DNA of 63,317 nt, the filler included. It is 5 parts of 5 records of this genome, joined end to end, with 100 filler letters (N's around TTAATTAATTAA, not from the genome) between each part and the next. Parts side by side here need not be neighbours in the genome. Positions count along the whole stretch, not along the records: positions 1 to 8,582 come from SRR20825006_1256; 4 more parts are not named here. One strand, given 5' to 3'. Positions 1 through 8,682 of this stretch are shown piece by piece (positions within the stretch are counted from its first letter, which is position 1; each line of letters starts with the position of its first letter). Below the pieces are notes generated by a model. It was not told where the DNA came from, ran no database searches, and saw nothing but the letters and a program-made list of their open reading frames with translations. The position numbers and the translations under genes were made by a program.

Positions 1-203
1 GAGAGTGATCTTTGGTTTCCCTCACTCCTTCTGCCAGTTTCCAAAACAAATATAGCACTGTGCAGTCGGACGCAATTCGGGTCGCATCCGAGATAAAACA
101 AATTATCCCAACATTTCTCACCTTAAAAATTTGTGAGTTCCGATTGATCGGGATAGAATAATCGCGACCTGTCAGGGACATAACTTCCAGGGGGAAATCG
201 CCA

Positions 204-875
204 ATGTCCGAAACGTTCCAGATTCTGATCGCTGATGACCATCCACTTGTTCGTGGCGCACTTAAGCAGGCATTATCTACAGAACTGGATAACGTGACAG
301 TCTATGAGGCCGGAAGCCTGTTCGAAGCCGTCGAACAGATTGAAGCCCATAAAGGCGAAATTGACCTTGTCCTGCTTGATCTGCATATGCCGGGCATGAA
401 CGGTTTTACCGGGTTATTTACCCTGCGTGCGTCTTATCCCGACCTTCCGGTATCGATTGTATCGGCCAGTCAGGAAATGCCGGTTGTCCGCCGGTCGATT
501 GAATATGGCGCATCGGCGTTCGTGCCAAAATCAGCACCCGTCGATCAGATCGGGCTTGCAGTTAAAACCGTTCTGGATGGGGGCATGTGGATGCCTGATT
601 GGGCGCGCGAAGCCATGGAACATGGTCCGGCCGATGATGTTGCCACCGGATTGGCGGAAAAAATCGGCCAGCTTACCCCGCAGCAGCTTCGTGTTTTGAA
701 CATGCTGACCGAAGGCAAGTTGAACAAGCAGATTGCCTATGAGCTTGATGTCACCGAAGCCACGGTCAAGGCCCATGTATCGGCCATCCTGCGCAAATTG
801 TCGGTCCATAGCCGCACACAGGCCGTGATCATTGCCCGCGAATTGCAGCTTCAGGAACCCGCAATCGAGACGTAA
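204..875 (+). CDS. NarL/LuxR-family response regulator (REC + LuxR HTH; CrbR/ErdR-like)
   Basis: N-terminal ILIADDHPL...LLDLHMPG receiver motifs; C-terminal LTPQQLRVL...NKQIAYEL...TVKAHVSAILRKL HTH. Confidence 0.92.
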   Translation: MSETFQILIADDHPLVRGALKQALSTELDNVTVYEAGSLFEAVEQIEAHKGEIDLVLLDLHMPGMNGFTGLFTLRASYPDLPVSIVSASQEMPVVRRSIEYGASAFVPKSAPVDQIGLAVKTVLDGGMWMPDWAREAMEHGPADDVATGLAEKIGQLTPQQLRVLNMLTEGKLNKQIAYELDVTEATVKAHVSAILRKLSVHSRTQAVIIARELQLQEPAIET

Positions 876-966
876 CCCGCCCCCTCCCTCGGTGAATCAT
901 ATCTTCTGCACTTCTGCGCAGTTTTCCCCTGATAACTTCTCAACTACTGACTTGCTTTGATCACTA

Positions 967-994
967 CTGATGTATAAGTATACTTATACATCAG
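967..994. promoter_or_regulatory. Perfect 28-bp palindrome CTGATGTATAAGTA/TACTTATACATCAG upstream of the OM protein gene
   Basis: Exact inverted repeat with no loop, ending 52 nt before the GTG at 1046; function inferred. Confidence 0.6.
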
Positions 995-1045
995 ATACTT
1001 CGCTGCGTCGAAGCCAGCTAAAACGCCAATTCAGGAGGAATGTAA

Positions 1046-1813
1046 GTGCGTAGTTCTACAGCGATACTCACCACCATTTTCACGGCTGCTATCAGCAGCA
1101 CATCTTTCACAGCTGTTGCTTTCGCCGATGAAACTGAAAAATGGCAGGGAATGTATGGCGGGATTGCACTTGGTGGCGCATATAGTGCTGCGATGCCTGA
1201 TTCTCGTGCGCTGGTAAACGATTATTTCGTGGATGATAATACTGGCAGCGATCCAGGTCAGCTTAACTCGCTCCTGAATCAAGATATTGAAGATCTGGAT
1301 TTCACCGCTGCCGCCCTTTTTGGTTACGACTTCCAATCGGGCAATATCGTTTACGGGTTTGAAGGCGACTTAAGCTTCATGTCCTTTTCCGAGACGGAAG
1401 CAATCAGCGGCATTTACAACACCAACAACAATCCGTTTAACAGCGAATTGAAAGTTGAAAGCGACTTTTCATTTAGCCTGCGTCCGAAGATTGGATATGC
1501 AGTTGATAACTATCTGTTCCATGCGTCTTTTGGGCCGTCCATAAGCCGGTTTAAAACAACCCATAAGTTCCGTGACAATGCAGAAAGCCTGTCATTCAAC
1601 GACACAAAGACCGTATTCGGCCTGTCGTCCAGCATTGGTGCGGGATATCAGCTTGATGACAGTTGGGTCCTGCGCGGCGACTATCTGTTCAGCTATTATC
1701 CAGGCATTGTAGATGGCTCTGGGTATCTTAACGCCGGAAGCAATCCGGATTTCGACTATGACGCTGATTTCATGTCACACAATATCCGCTTTGCACTGAT
1801 CAAGCGTTTCTGA
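1046..1813 (+). CDS. Outer-membrane beta-barrel protein (Omp25/RopB-like)
   Basis: Signal peptide ending AFA; W-x-G-x-Y-x-G start of barrel, GYDFQSGNIVYGFEGD motif, terminal Phe; AGGAGG RBS upstream. Confidence 0.8.
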   Translation: MRSSTAILTTIFTAAISSTSFTAVAFADETEKWQGMYGGIALGGAYSAAMPDSRALVNDYFVDDNTGSDPGQLNSLLNQDIEDLDFTAAALFGYDFQSGNIVYGFEGDLSFMSFSETEAISGIYNTNNNPFNSELKVESDFSFSLRPKIGYAVDNYLFHASFGPSISRFKTTHKFRDNAESLSFNDTKTVFGLSSSIGAGYQLDDSWVLRGDYLFSYYPGIVDGSGYLNAGSNPDFDYDADFMSHNIRFALIKRF

Positions 1814-1840
1814 TGATTTGACGACGGATAATCAAATCGG

Positions 1841-1872
1841 AACGGCGTCCAAATGGGCGCCGTTTTTGTTTT
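1841..1872 (+). terminator. Rho-independent terminator after OM protein gene
   Basis: AACGGCGTCC-aaat-GGGCGCCGTT hairpin followed by a T-rich tract. Confidence 0.75.
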
Positions 1873-1990
1873 CGAGTACGTCAGATTCACACCCACCCGG
1901 CATAATTTCTGGGTCTGAACTTCCCGAACGTTCAACCGTTATATGCATATCGTGAACGTGTCTTTGATCATCTCATCCAATCGGCAGCCC

Positions 1991-2569
1991 TTAAGCCTTA
2001 AGCAAATCCGCCGCCGACGTTTTGATCGCGTTTGATACGCCATCCACCGCGTCATCGTGCTGCATGGCGCGTGCCATCGTAAGCCCGCCAATCAATATCC
2101 CCAAGAATGCCCATGCCTTGGCAAGTTGCTGATCCTTCGGGAACTGGCTTAACCCCTTGGCAATCAGGGATGCGATTGTTTGCATTTTCCGATCATATAA
2201 AGCGCGCGTTTCATCATCGGCGCGGGCAATTTCCGGTGACAGGCTGGTCATGGCACAGCCGCACGCGACATCATCGCGATGGGCACGGCCCAGATAATAG
2301 TCGATAAAGGCATCGGTCCAGCCATCGCCATAATCGCGCTGAAAACGCGGCACGCCATCAATGACTTCATCCAAGCCAAGATCAAGGGCAGCCCGAAACG
2401 CACCGTCCTTTGACCCGAAATGGGCATAGAACGCGCCGGATGTTGCATTTGCCGCCTTGGCAATCCCGTCTACCCCGACACCGGCAAAGCCGTTTGCCCG
2501 GAAACCACGGCTTGCAGCATCAAGAATGTTCCGGCGGGTTTCTTCTTTGCGCGTCTGGTTTTTGACCAT
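1991..2569 (-). CDS. TetR/AcrR-family transcriptional regulator
   Basis: ILDAASRGFRANGFAGVGVDGIAKAA...GAFYAHFGSK TetR HTH. Confidence 0.92.
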   Translation of the reverse strand: MVKNQTRKEETRRNILDAASRGFRANGFAGVGVDGIAKAANATSGAFYAHFGSKDGAFRAALDLGLDEVIDGVPRFQRDYGDGWTDAFIDYYLGRAHRDDVACGCAMTSLSPEIARADDETRALYDRKMQTIASLIAKGLSQFPKDQQLAKAWAFLGILIGGLTMARAMQHDDAVDGVSNAIKTSAADLLKA

Positions 2570-2581
2570 CGGATCCTCAAA

Positions 2582-2655
2582 ATATATCGACCGTTATATT
2601 TTTAATTGACAGGACACCGATTGTCGATCATTCATTTATATAACGTACGTTATAT
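2582..2655. promoter_or_regulatory. Divergent promoter region with two related 18-bp operator-like sites
   Basis: Perfect palindrome ATATAACGTACGTTATAT at 2638-2655, a 15/18 copy at 2582-2599 and TTGACA at 2606-2611, between TetR and the divergent gene. Confidence 0.65.
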
Positions 2656-2678
2656 TTTTAACTTCTTGGACCACACAC

Positions 2679-3485
2679 ATGACACTCGATCCCAACCAAA
2701 ACCAAACCCTGCCCGCCGCCACCTGCGGCCATCCGGACCGACGGACATTTTTGAAACGCGCCAGCACAGGTATCGCACTGGCCGGATCTGCTTTGGTCGC
2801 ACCATCGATTTTGAACCACGCATCCGCATCACAAACAGGAACCTCCCCCATGTCACAGAAAGCTTTTGTCTATACCGAACTGCAAATTTCCGCCCCGTTC
2901 GACCAAGTTCCCTGGCAGGCGATCAATGACACGATCAAAAAGCAGCCCGGGTTCCTTAATAAAACCTGGCTTTCGGGTGTCGGCAACAATTCGGCCGGCG
3001 GTATTTATGCCTTTGACACGGTTGAAAATGCGCAAGCATTCGTAACGGGATATTTCCCGTCCGAAGCCCGCAATTTCGGCGTTGCCCAGACCACCCGCGT
3101 GTTTGATGCGGTTGCGACACAAGAAGCCAGTATCGATATGAATTCGGTGCATTACGGTGCGACCCCGAAAGCAAAACCGGGGGCCTATGTCTATACCGAG
3201 GTCCAGCTTCATGTTTTGCCGTTTGATAATGGCCCGTGGCGTGATTTTAACCCGGTTTTGAAACAGCAACCGGGTTTGCTGTCGAAAACCTGGCTCAGTG
3301 GCCTTCATACCGGAACACCGGGCGGTTTTTATGCCTTTGACACGATTGAAAATGCCACGCGGTTTGCCCTTGATTACTTCCCGGGCGAGGCAAAGGCGCT
3401 TAACGCGGCCTTCTATACCCGCGTCTTTGATGCCACGGTGACCGAAGCCGCCAGCCTTGATATGGCATCACCATTTTACGTGTGA
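2679..3485 (+). CDS. Tandem YdhR-like (dimeric alpha/beta barrel, putative monooxygenase) protein with Tat signal
   Basis: RRTFLK twin-arginine motif plus hydrophobic stretch; two ~100-aa repeats with QPG-x-L-x-KTWL and GG-x-YAFDT-x-ENA. Confidence 0.75.
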   Translation: MTLDPNQNQTLPAATCGHPDRRTFLKRASTGIALAGSALVAPSILNHASASQTGTSPMSQKAFVYTELQISAPFDQVPWQAINDTIKKQPGFLNKTWLSGVGNNSAGGIYAFDTVENAQAFVTGYFPSEARNFGVAQTTRVFDAVATQEASIDMNSVHYGATPKAKPGAYVYTEVQLHVLPFDNGPWRDFNPVLKQQPGLLSKTWLSGLHTGTPGGFYAFDTIENATRFALDYFPGEAKALNAAFYTRVFDATVTEAASLDMASPFYV

Positions 3486-3723
3486 TTGCCTGACACCAGC
3501 TTTATCCAGGCTTTGAACTTAGCAACCAAGGCGCATCATCATATCGATGGTGCGCTTTTGGCTTTTGGCATTTGGCGCTTGCTGTTTTTGGCAATGTGTC
3601 CGCATTGTTCAGCGTAATTTCCATGCGCATTCACCGCGGAACATCCCCGCAGCCGCCACGTTAAAGACAGGATGTCCTTTGCCGCGCAATCTTGCCCGGC
3701 AGCGTAAACCGAAAGCAACTTGC

Positions 3724-4935
3724 ATGAGCGATCCAATCGCGCCAGAGGCCACAGACGTGGCGGGTGTGCCCGCAGAAGACAACCCGGAAACCGAGCTTGA
3801 ACGTTCGCGCAATGCGACGGCCACATCACGCGCGCTGGTCTATCGCCGGGCACGCACGATATCGGTGATTGGAACCTTCGGGGTTTTGACCCTTGGCTGT
3901 CTTTATGTGGCGAAAAGCCTTTTGCTGCCGGTGATTATGGCGTTTTTGCTTTCGCTTGTTTTCTCCCCACTCGTACGCACGCTTTCGCGGTTCCACATTC
4001 CGCGCAGCATCACAGCGATTACCATTGTGCTCACACTGAGCGCATCCGTGATTGCCGGCATTTACGGGTTAAGCGGCCCGGTTTCAGGTTGGATTGATCA
4101 AGCCCCGCAAATCGAACAGCAACTGCGTCTGCGGCTTGCCGATTTAAGCGAACCGCTTGATAAACTTCGCGATGCGCAGCAAAAGGTGAGCGAGGCGACC
4201 GATCAGAACAATGGCAATGAAGACATCCAAAAGGTCGTCGTGACCGAACCCAACCTGATCAGTCAGGCTGCCCAAGGTGCGCCCGGCATGTTGGCCGGGA
4301 TCGCGATGGTGCTTGTTTTGTTGCTGTTTATCCTTTCGGCCGGTGATCTGGTCTATGAAAAGATGGTTCGTGCCCTTCCGACTTTTGGTGATCGGCGTAA
4401 GGGGCTTCGCATTGCCCATGACGTCGAACGCGAAGTCTCGCGCTATCTTGCGACCATATCGGCGATTAATATTGTTCTGGGGCTTGTGGTCGGCATTTCG
4501 ATGGCCGCCCTTGGCATGCCCAATCCGTTTTTGTGGGGGATTGCCGCTGCCGTCCTGAATTATGTGCCGATCCTTGGCGCCTTAACCGGGATTGCCATTG
4601 TCGGCATTGTCGCCCTTGTATCCATGCAAACCACCAGCCAGGCCCTTATGGCCCCGGCGGTTTATCTTGCCTGTACAGTGCTTGAAGGTCAGATCATTAC
4701 CCCTGCCCTTGTCGGCAATCGCATTCGCATCAATTCCATCGCGATTGTTCTTGCCGTCGCGTTCTGGGGATGGATGTGGGGCGTGGTTGGCATTCTGGTT
4801 GCCGTGCCGCTTTTGATCGTTACCCGGGTCATTGCCAATCATGTTGAAGGACTTGGCGGTTTGCGTGAATTGTTGGGCCCGCATGTGCATGGCACTGGCA
4901 AAAACGTGCTGACCCGGCCCAAACGGCAGTCTTGA
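3724..4935 (+). CDS. AI-2E family transporter
   Basis: Multiple TM helices; LNYVPILG, LEGQIITP and FWGWMWGVVG motifs; start at MSDPIAPE preferred over the track start 3547. Confidence 0.88.
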   Translation: MSDPIAPEATDVAGVPAEDNPETELERSRNATATSRALVYRRARTISVIGTFGVLTLGCLYVAKSLLLPVIMAFLLSLVFSPLVRTLSRFHIPRSITAITIVLTLSASVIAGIYGLSGPVSGWIDQAPQIEQQLRLRLADLSEPLDKLRDAQQKVSEATDQNNGNEDIQKVVVTEPNLISQAAQGAPGMLAGIAMVLVLLLFILSAGDLVYEKMVRALPTFGDRRKGLRIAHDVEREVSRYLATISAINIVLGLVVGISMAALGMPNPFLWGIAAAVLNYVPILGALTGIAIVGIVALVSMQTTSQALMAPAVYLACTVLEGQIITPALVGNRIRINSIAIVLAVAFWGWMWGVVGILVAVPLLIVTRVIANHVEGLGGLRELLGPHVHGTGKNVLTRPKRQS

Positions 4936-5007
4936 TATTCACAGTCCGCACGATAGTTGCCATCACACCCCATTGCCAAACCCGCGCAACGCTGCCACCT
5001 TTGACGC

Positions 5008-5844
5008 ATGTCGGATCAGATCGAAATCATTTCCCATGATTGTTTGGGTGTCGAAGCCATCATGGCCCAGACACGCCACAGCTTTGCCAAACACACCCAC
5101 GAGGCGTTCGGGATTGGCTATATGTATGCCGGTGCGCAAAAATCCGCATCCGGGCGCGGCATGGTCGAAGCCGGGGCTGGCAACATCATTACGGTCAATC
5201 CCCGCGAAGTACATGATGGTCATCCGATTGGCGAGGTTCCGCGCGGTTGGAACATGCTGTATTTCGAGCCAACCCTGATTGCCGATCTGACATCCGATAT
5301 GACCAATGGTGCGCATACGCACTATGAATTCACCGATCCGGTGATTGACAGTCCGCCAGTGCGCAACGGCTTCATCACGCTTTTTGATGCCATTGCCAAG
5401 GGTAATGAAAATGCGGCACGCTTACGGCGGGAAGAAATGCTTTTCTTGTTGCTTCATCACGCGCAAATCAACGCGGGTGCAGGCGCGCACGGATCAAACC
5501 ACGATACAGGCAAATCCGTTGCCCATGCCCGGATCAAACGCGCCAAATCATTGATCGATGATTGCCCAAGCATTGCACACGGCCTTCTTGATCTTGCCGC
5601 CGTGACGGGATTAAGCCGTTTTCAAACCCTGCGGGATTTCACCCGTGCGACGGGGCTTACCCCGCACGCCTATCTGATCCAGCGGCGCATTGATCTTGCC
5701 CGCACTATGATCAAGGGCGGTGCGCGCCTTGCCGATATTGCGCAGGATGCGGGATTTGCCGATCAAAGCCACCTGAACCGTCACTTTATCCGCGCCTTTG
5801 GCATCACACCGGGCCGCTATGCCAAGGCCATCAGGGCCAGATAA
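5008..5844 (+). CDS. AraC-family transcriptional regulator
   Basis: N-terminal ligand-binding domain (FAKHTHE...NPREVHDG); C-terminal GFADQSHLNRHFIRAFGITPGRY. Confidence 0.93.
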   Translation: MSDQIEIISHDCLGVEAIMAQTRHSFAKHTHEAFGIGYMYAGAQKSASGRGMVEAGAGNIITVNPREVHDGHPIGEVPRGWNMLYFEPTLIADLTSDMTNGAHTHYEFTDPVIDSPPVRNGFITLFDAIAKGNENAARLRREEMLFLLLHHAQINAGAGAHGSNHDTGKSVAHARIKRAKSLIDDCPSIAHGLLDLAAVTGLSRFQTLRDFTRATGLTPHAYLIQRRIDLARTMIKGGARLADIAQDAGFADQSHLNRHFIRAFGITPGRYAKAIRAR

Positions 5845-5925
5845 ACATCCTGCAATTCCGTTCAAGAATGCGTTGCTCCTGCCCCCTATATTTCGAGCAA
5901 CAGCACGCAACTGAACGGACCCGCC

Positions 5926-6540
5926 ATGATCACTTTTGACTATCTTCTAACCTCGCTCATCGTCATTGCCCTGCCCGGAACCGGGGTTATCTATACCCTT
6001 GCCATTGGGTTGGGACGCGGACGCAAAGCCAGCATATGGGCCGCGCTTGGCTGCACGCTTGGCATTGTCCCGCATATGGCCGCCAGCATCCTTGGCCTAA
6101 GTGCGCTTCTCCACACCAGCGCCATCGCGTTTGAATTTGTGCGCTATCTCGGGGTGGCGTGGCTGCTTTATATGGCGTGGGGGATGTGGCATGGCACGGG
6201 GGCGATGAAAGTCACGGCCAATGACACCCCGAACAGCATCCTTAAAACCCTCCGCGACGGGATTTTGCTCAACCTGCTTAATCCCAAACTATCCCTATTC
6301 TTCCTCGCCTTCCTGCCGCAATTTGTTAGCGCTAACACGCCCGATACAACTGGCGAAATGACGGTGCTTGGTTTGATTTTTATGGGGATGACGTTTGGGG
6401 TGTTTGTCGTCTACGGGTGTTTTGCCGCCACCCTTCGACACCGCATCATCGAGCGCCCGAATGTGATGCGATGGTTGGGCAAAGGATTTGCGGCTGCATT
6501 TGTTGCGATGGGTGTGAAATTGCTGACGGCGGGACGATGA
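5926..6540 (+). CDS. LysE/RhtB-family translocator
   Basis: PGTG motif, LNLLNPKLSLFFLAFLPQF motif, about six TM helices. Confidence 0.92.
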   Translation: MITFDYLLTSLIVIALPGTGVIYTLAIGLGRGRKASIWAALGCTLGIVPHMAASILGLSALLHTSAIAFEFVRYLGVAWLLYMAWGMWHGTGAMKVTANDTPNSILKTLRDGILLNLLNPKLSLFFLAFLPQFVSANTPDTTGEMTVLGLIFMGMTFGVFVVYGCFAATLRHRIIERPNVMRWLGKGFAAAFVAMGVKLLTAGR

Positions 6541-6546
6541 CCTGAA

Positions 6547-6670
6547 CAGAAATTAAATCTGTCCCCTTTTTGGTCGAAACGTGCGGAAGGGCAGAAAATA
6601 AATCTGTCCCCTTTTCTCGTGTCCCCTTTTCTCTCAGTCCCCTTTTCTCTCATGTCCCCTTTTCTCTCAT
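6547..6670. repeat. Cluster of five GTCCCCTTTT repeats (two long CAGAAAwTAAATCTGTCCCCTTTT copies plus three tandem short copies)
   Basis: Cores at 6561, 6606, 6621, 6637 and 6654. Confidence 0.9.
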
Positions 6671-6781
6671 TCTTATGAGTGCAAAACTAGCACTTACAAG
6701 TGGATGACTACGGCTAGCTCTCTAAGCTAGGGACCTAATGCTCTCTAGTTTCATCCGCTTCCGGCTAAACAACGGAACAGC

Positions 6782-7867
6782 TCAAGAGTTATCAGCAGAA
6801 TCCGTTGAGGAACCTAGAGTATGCGCAAACAACAAATCACGACAGTAGTCGTACTCCATTGAACTAGGTAGGTGTTCTGTGAATCCTTGTACAGACAACA
6901 TACCTTTGCAATGAAAGTCTTGATAAAAGGCGGTCCGATAACAAAGGTTTAGTTTGTCCGTCTGATTCGTGTCACACCACAAAAGCGGATTATCTGGCAG
7001 AGAAGATTTATAGCGTTTCACCCATTCGCTTACGGCAACAGGAATTTCAGAATTGGCATACTCGCTTGCATCGGCGCGCAGTTCATCGATTGACAAACGG
7101 TGCTTATGCTCAAGCTCCCAATGGTGCATCAACTCCGTCAAAAAAAAGTCCGATATCGGTGCAGGCTCAAGTGCATTGGCTGAGACAAAATCTTTCACAT
7201 GCTCGCATTCAATTTTTCCAAGTAAAACGAGCATTTGAGCGAACTCTGGTGTTAACCAAAAGTGCGCTGGATCAAGCGGTTCCGGTGCCGGTGGATTTTT
7301 AGTGGGGAACATCTTCGAGTAAAAACAAACAGTGTTCACGTGGTTAAGGAGTTGCCTTACTGCACTAAAGCGGGCTTCCCCGAACGGCTTTAGATTCTCG
7401 ACAAAGTTTCCTGCCCACTCCGTATCGTTAAAGAGGCCCCAATATGTAACATAAGTGCTTCCATAAAGGCTTCCCCGTTTCGCACTTTCAAACAGATATG
7501 AATACGTTCTTCGAACCTCATCGCCCGGGTTCATAGCCCCGTCAATAAATGCTTTACGTACGAAAAAGGCCTTGTAATAGCTATCAGCAGAACGCTCGGC
7601 ATCAGGTAGTGCCAGCTCAGCTAAAATTTCTTCTGGCTGCTCATGAAAGGTCCCCATCAAGGCACTCTGGAGATACGAGTGCCCCAACGACTCATCTATA
7701 CAATCGGCTGCCAACTCAGCAGCTTCATGTACTTGTGTATCAGGCATGAAGATTAACGAGGAGAGAACTGAGCAATCATTTGCGATAGATTTTTCGGCCC
7801 CCGCTACTGAGACAGCAGCAATCAGTGATAGAAAGACGGCGAAGCGGGAAATGAAAACCAATGCCAT
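6782..7867 (-). CDS. Hypothetical secreted Cys-containing protein
   Basis: 361-aa ORF with hydrophobic N-terminal signal; no recognised family; more AT-rich than its neighbours. Confidence 0.6.
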   Translation of the reverse strand: MALVFISRFAVFLSLIAAVSVAGAEKSIANDCSVLSSLIFMPDTQVHEAAELAADCIDESLGHSYLQSALMGTFHEQPEEILAELALPDAERSADSYYKAFFVRKAFIDGAMNPGDEVRRTYSYLFESAKRGSLYGSTYVTYWGLFNDTEWAGNFVENLKPFGEARFSAVRQLLNHVNTVCFYSKMFPTKNPPAPEPLDPAHFWLTPEFAQMLVLLGKIECEHVKDFVSANALEPAPISDFFLTELMHHWELEHKHRLSIDELRADASEYANSEIPVAVSEWVKRYKSSLPDNPLLWCDTNQTDKLNLCYRTAFYQDFHCKGMLSVQGFTEHLPSSMEYDYCRDLLFAHTLGSSTDSADNS

Positions 7868-7948
7868 ATCTAAACCCGATGAACGTTTTAAGTGTTTAGC
7901 GAAATGGTAGCAGGTGAACTACCCGTATCAAAAAAAATTATTAGGAAC

Positions 7949-8582
7949 TTACTCCGCCGCATCACTTCCCAGCCGGTTCAACGCACGCGTCATGAGCGCG
8001 CGCAATTTGGCCGGTCGGAGAGGTTTGTTCAGCAACGAGAACCCTTGCTCGCGGATCAGCTCTGCGGTCTCAGTCGAGCGGTCGGCGGTGATGATGACGC
8101 CCGGAACGTTAACGGCGTGAACATCGCGCAGGCGGGACAGGACTTCAAGGCCGGTTCGGCCGGAATCAAGGTGGTAATCGGCAAGGATGATGTCCGGGGA
8201 AAACGGCGGCTTGCCGTCTTCGGGTTTGGTCAGAAGGTTTTCGGCGAATGTGCCCGATTGTGCGGTTGCCACGACACATCCCCAGTTATCAAGCATGGCG
8301 CGCATGCCATCAAGGATGGTCGGTTCGTTATCAATGCACAGCACCCGTAATCCGCCCAACTCGCCCGCCATGCGGCGTTTGGGTTTCGGCGTGCTTTGCG
8401 TATCGGCAACACCAAGCGGGACTTCGACGGAAAAAACCGTGCCGCGACCGGGGCGCGACCGGACCGTTACCGGATGGCCAAGCGATTTGCCCAGACGATC
8501 AACGATGGCAAGGCCAAGGCCAAGCCCCTTTACATCGGTGGTTTCAGGGCCTTCAAGGCGATGGAATTCGCGGAAGATGATT
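7949..8582 (-). CDS. Hybrid sensor histidine kinase, C-terminal part (HATPase_c end + receiver), truncated by contig end
   Basis: Frame open to the contig edge: IFREFHRL...GLGLGLAIV...GRGTVFSV then VLCIDNE...ADYHLD...NKPLRPAKLRAL. Confidence 0.9.
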
Positions 8583-8682
8583 NNNNNNNNNNNNNNNNNN
8601 NNNNNNNNNNNNNNNNNNNNNNNNNNTTAATTAATTAANNNNNNNNNNNNNNNNNNNNNNNNNNNNNNNNNNNNNNNNNNNN
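8583..8682. other. Artificial contig linker (N44-TTAATTAATTAA-N44)
   Basis: Identical 100-nt spacer occurs four times; composition and gene content change across it. Confidence 0.98.

Noticed and set aside
6411-6653. 80-aa ORF with repeated KG motifs
   Set aside because: Translation of the GTCCCCTTTT repeats, overlapping the LysE gene antisense.
6547-6670. Repeat cluster as a CRISPR array
   Set aside because: Repeats are short and mostly abutting, with no regular unique spacers and no cas genes.
8187-8638. Track ORFs running into X residues (8187..8630, 8396..8638)
   Set aside because: Antisense to the hybrid kinase and closed only by the linker.
8583-8682. TTAATTAATTAA palindrome recurring four times
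   Set aside because: Synthetic all-frame stop spacer inside N runs; not biological.
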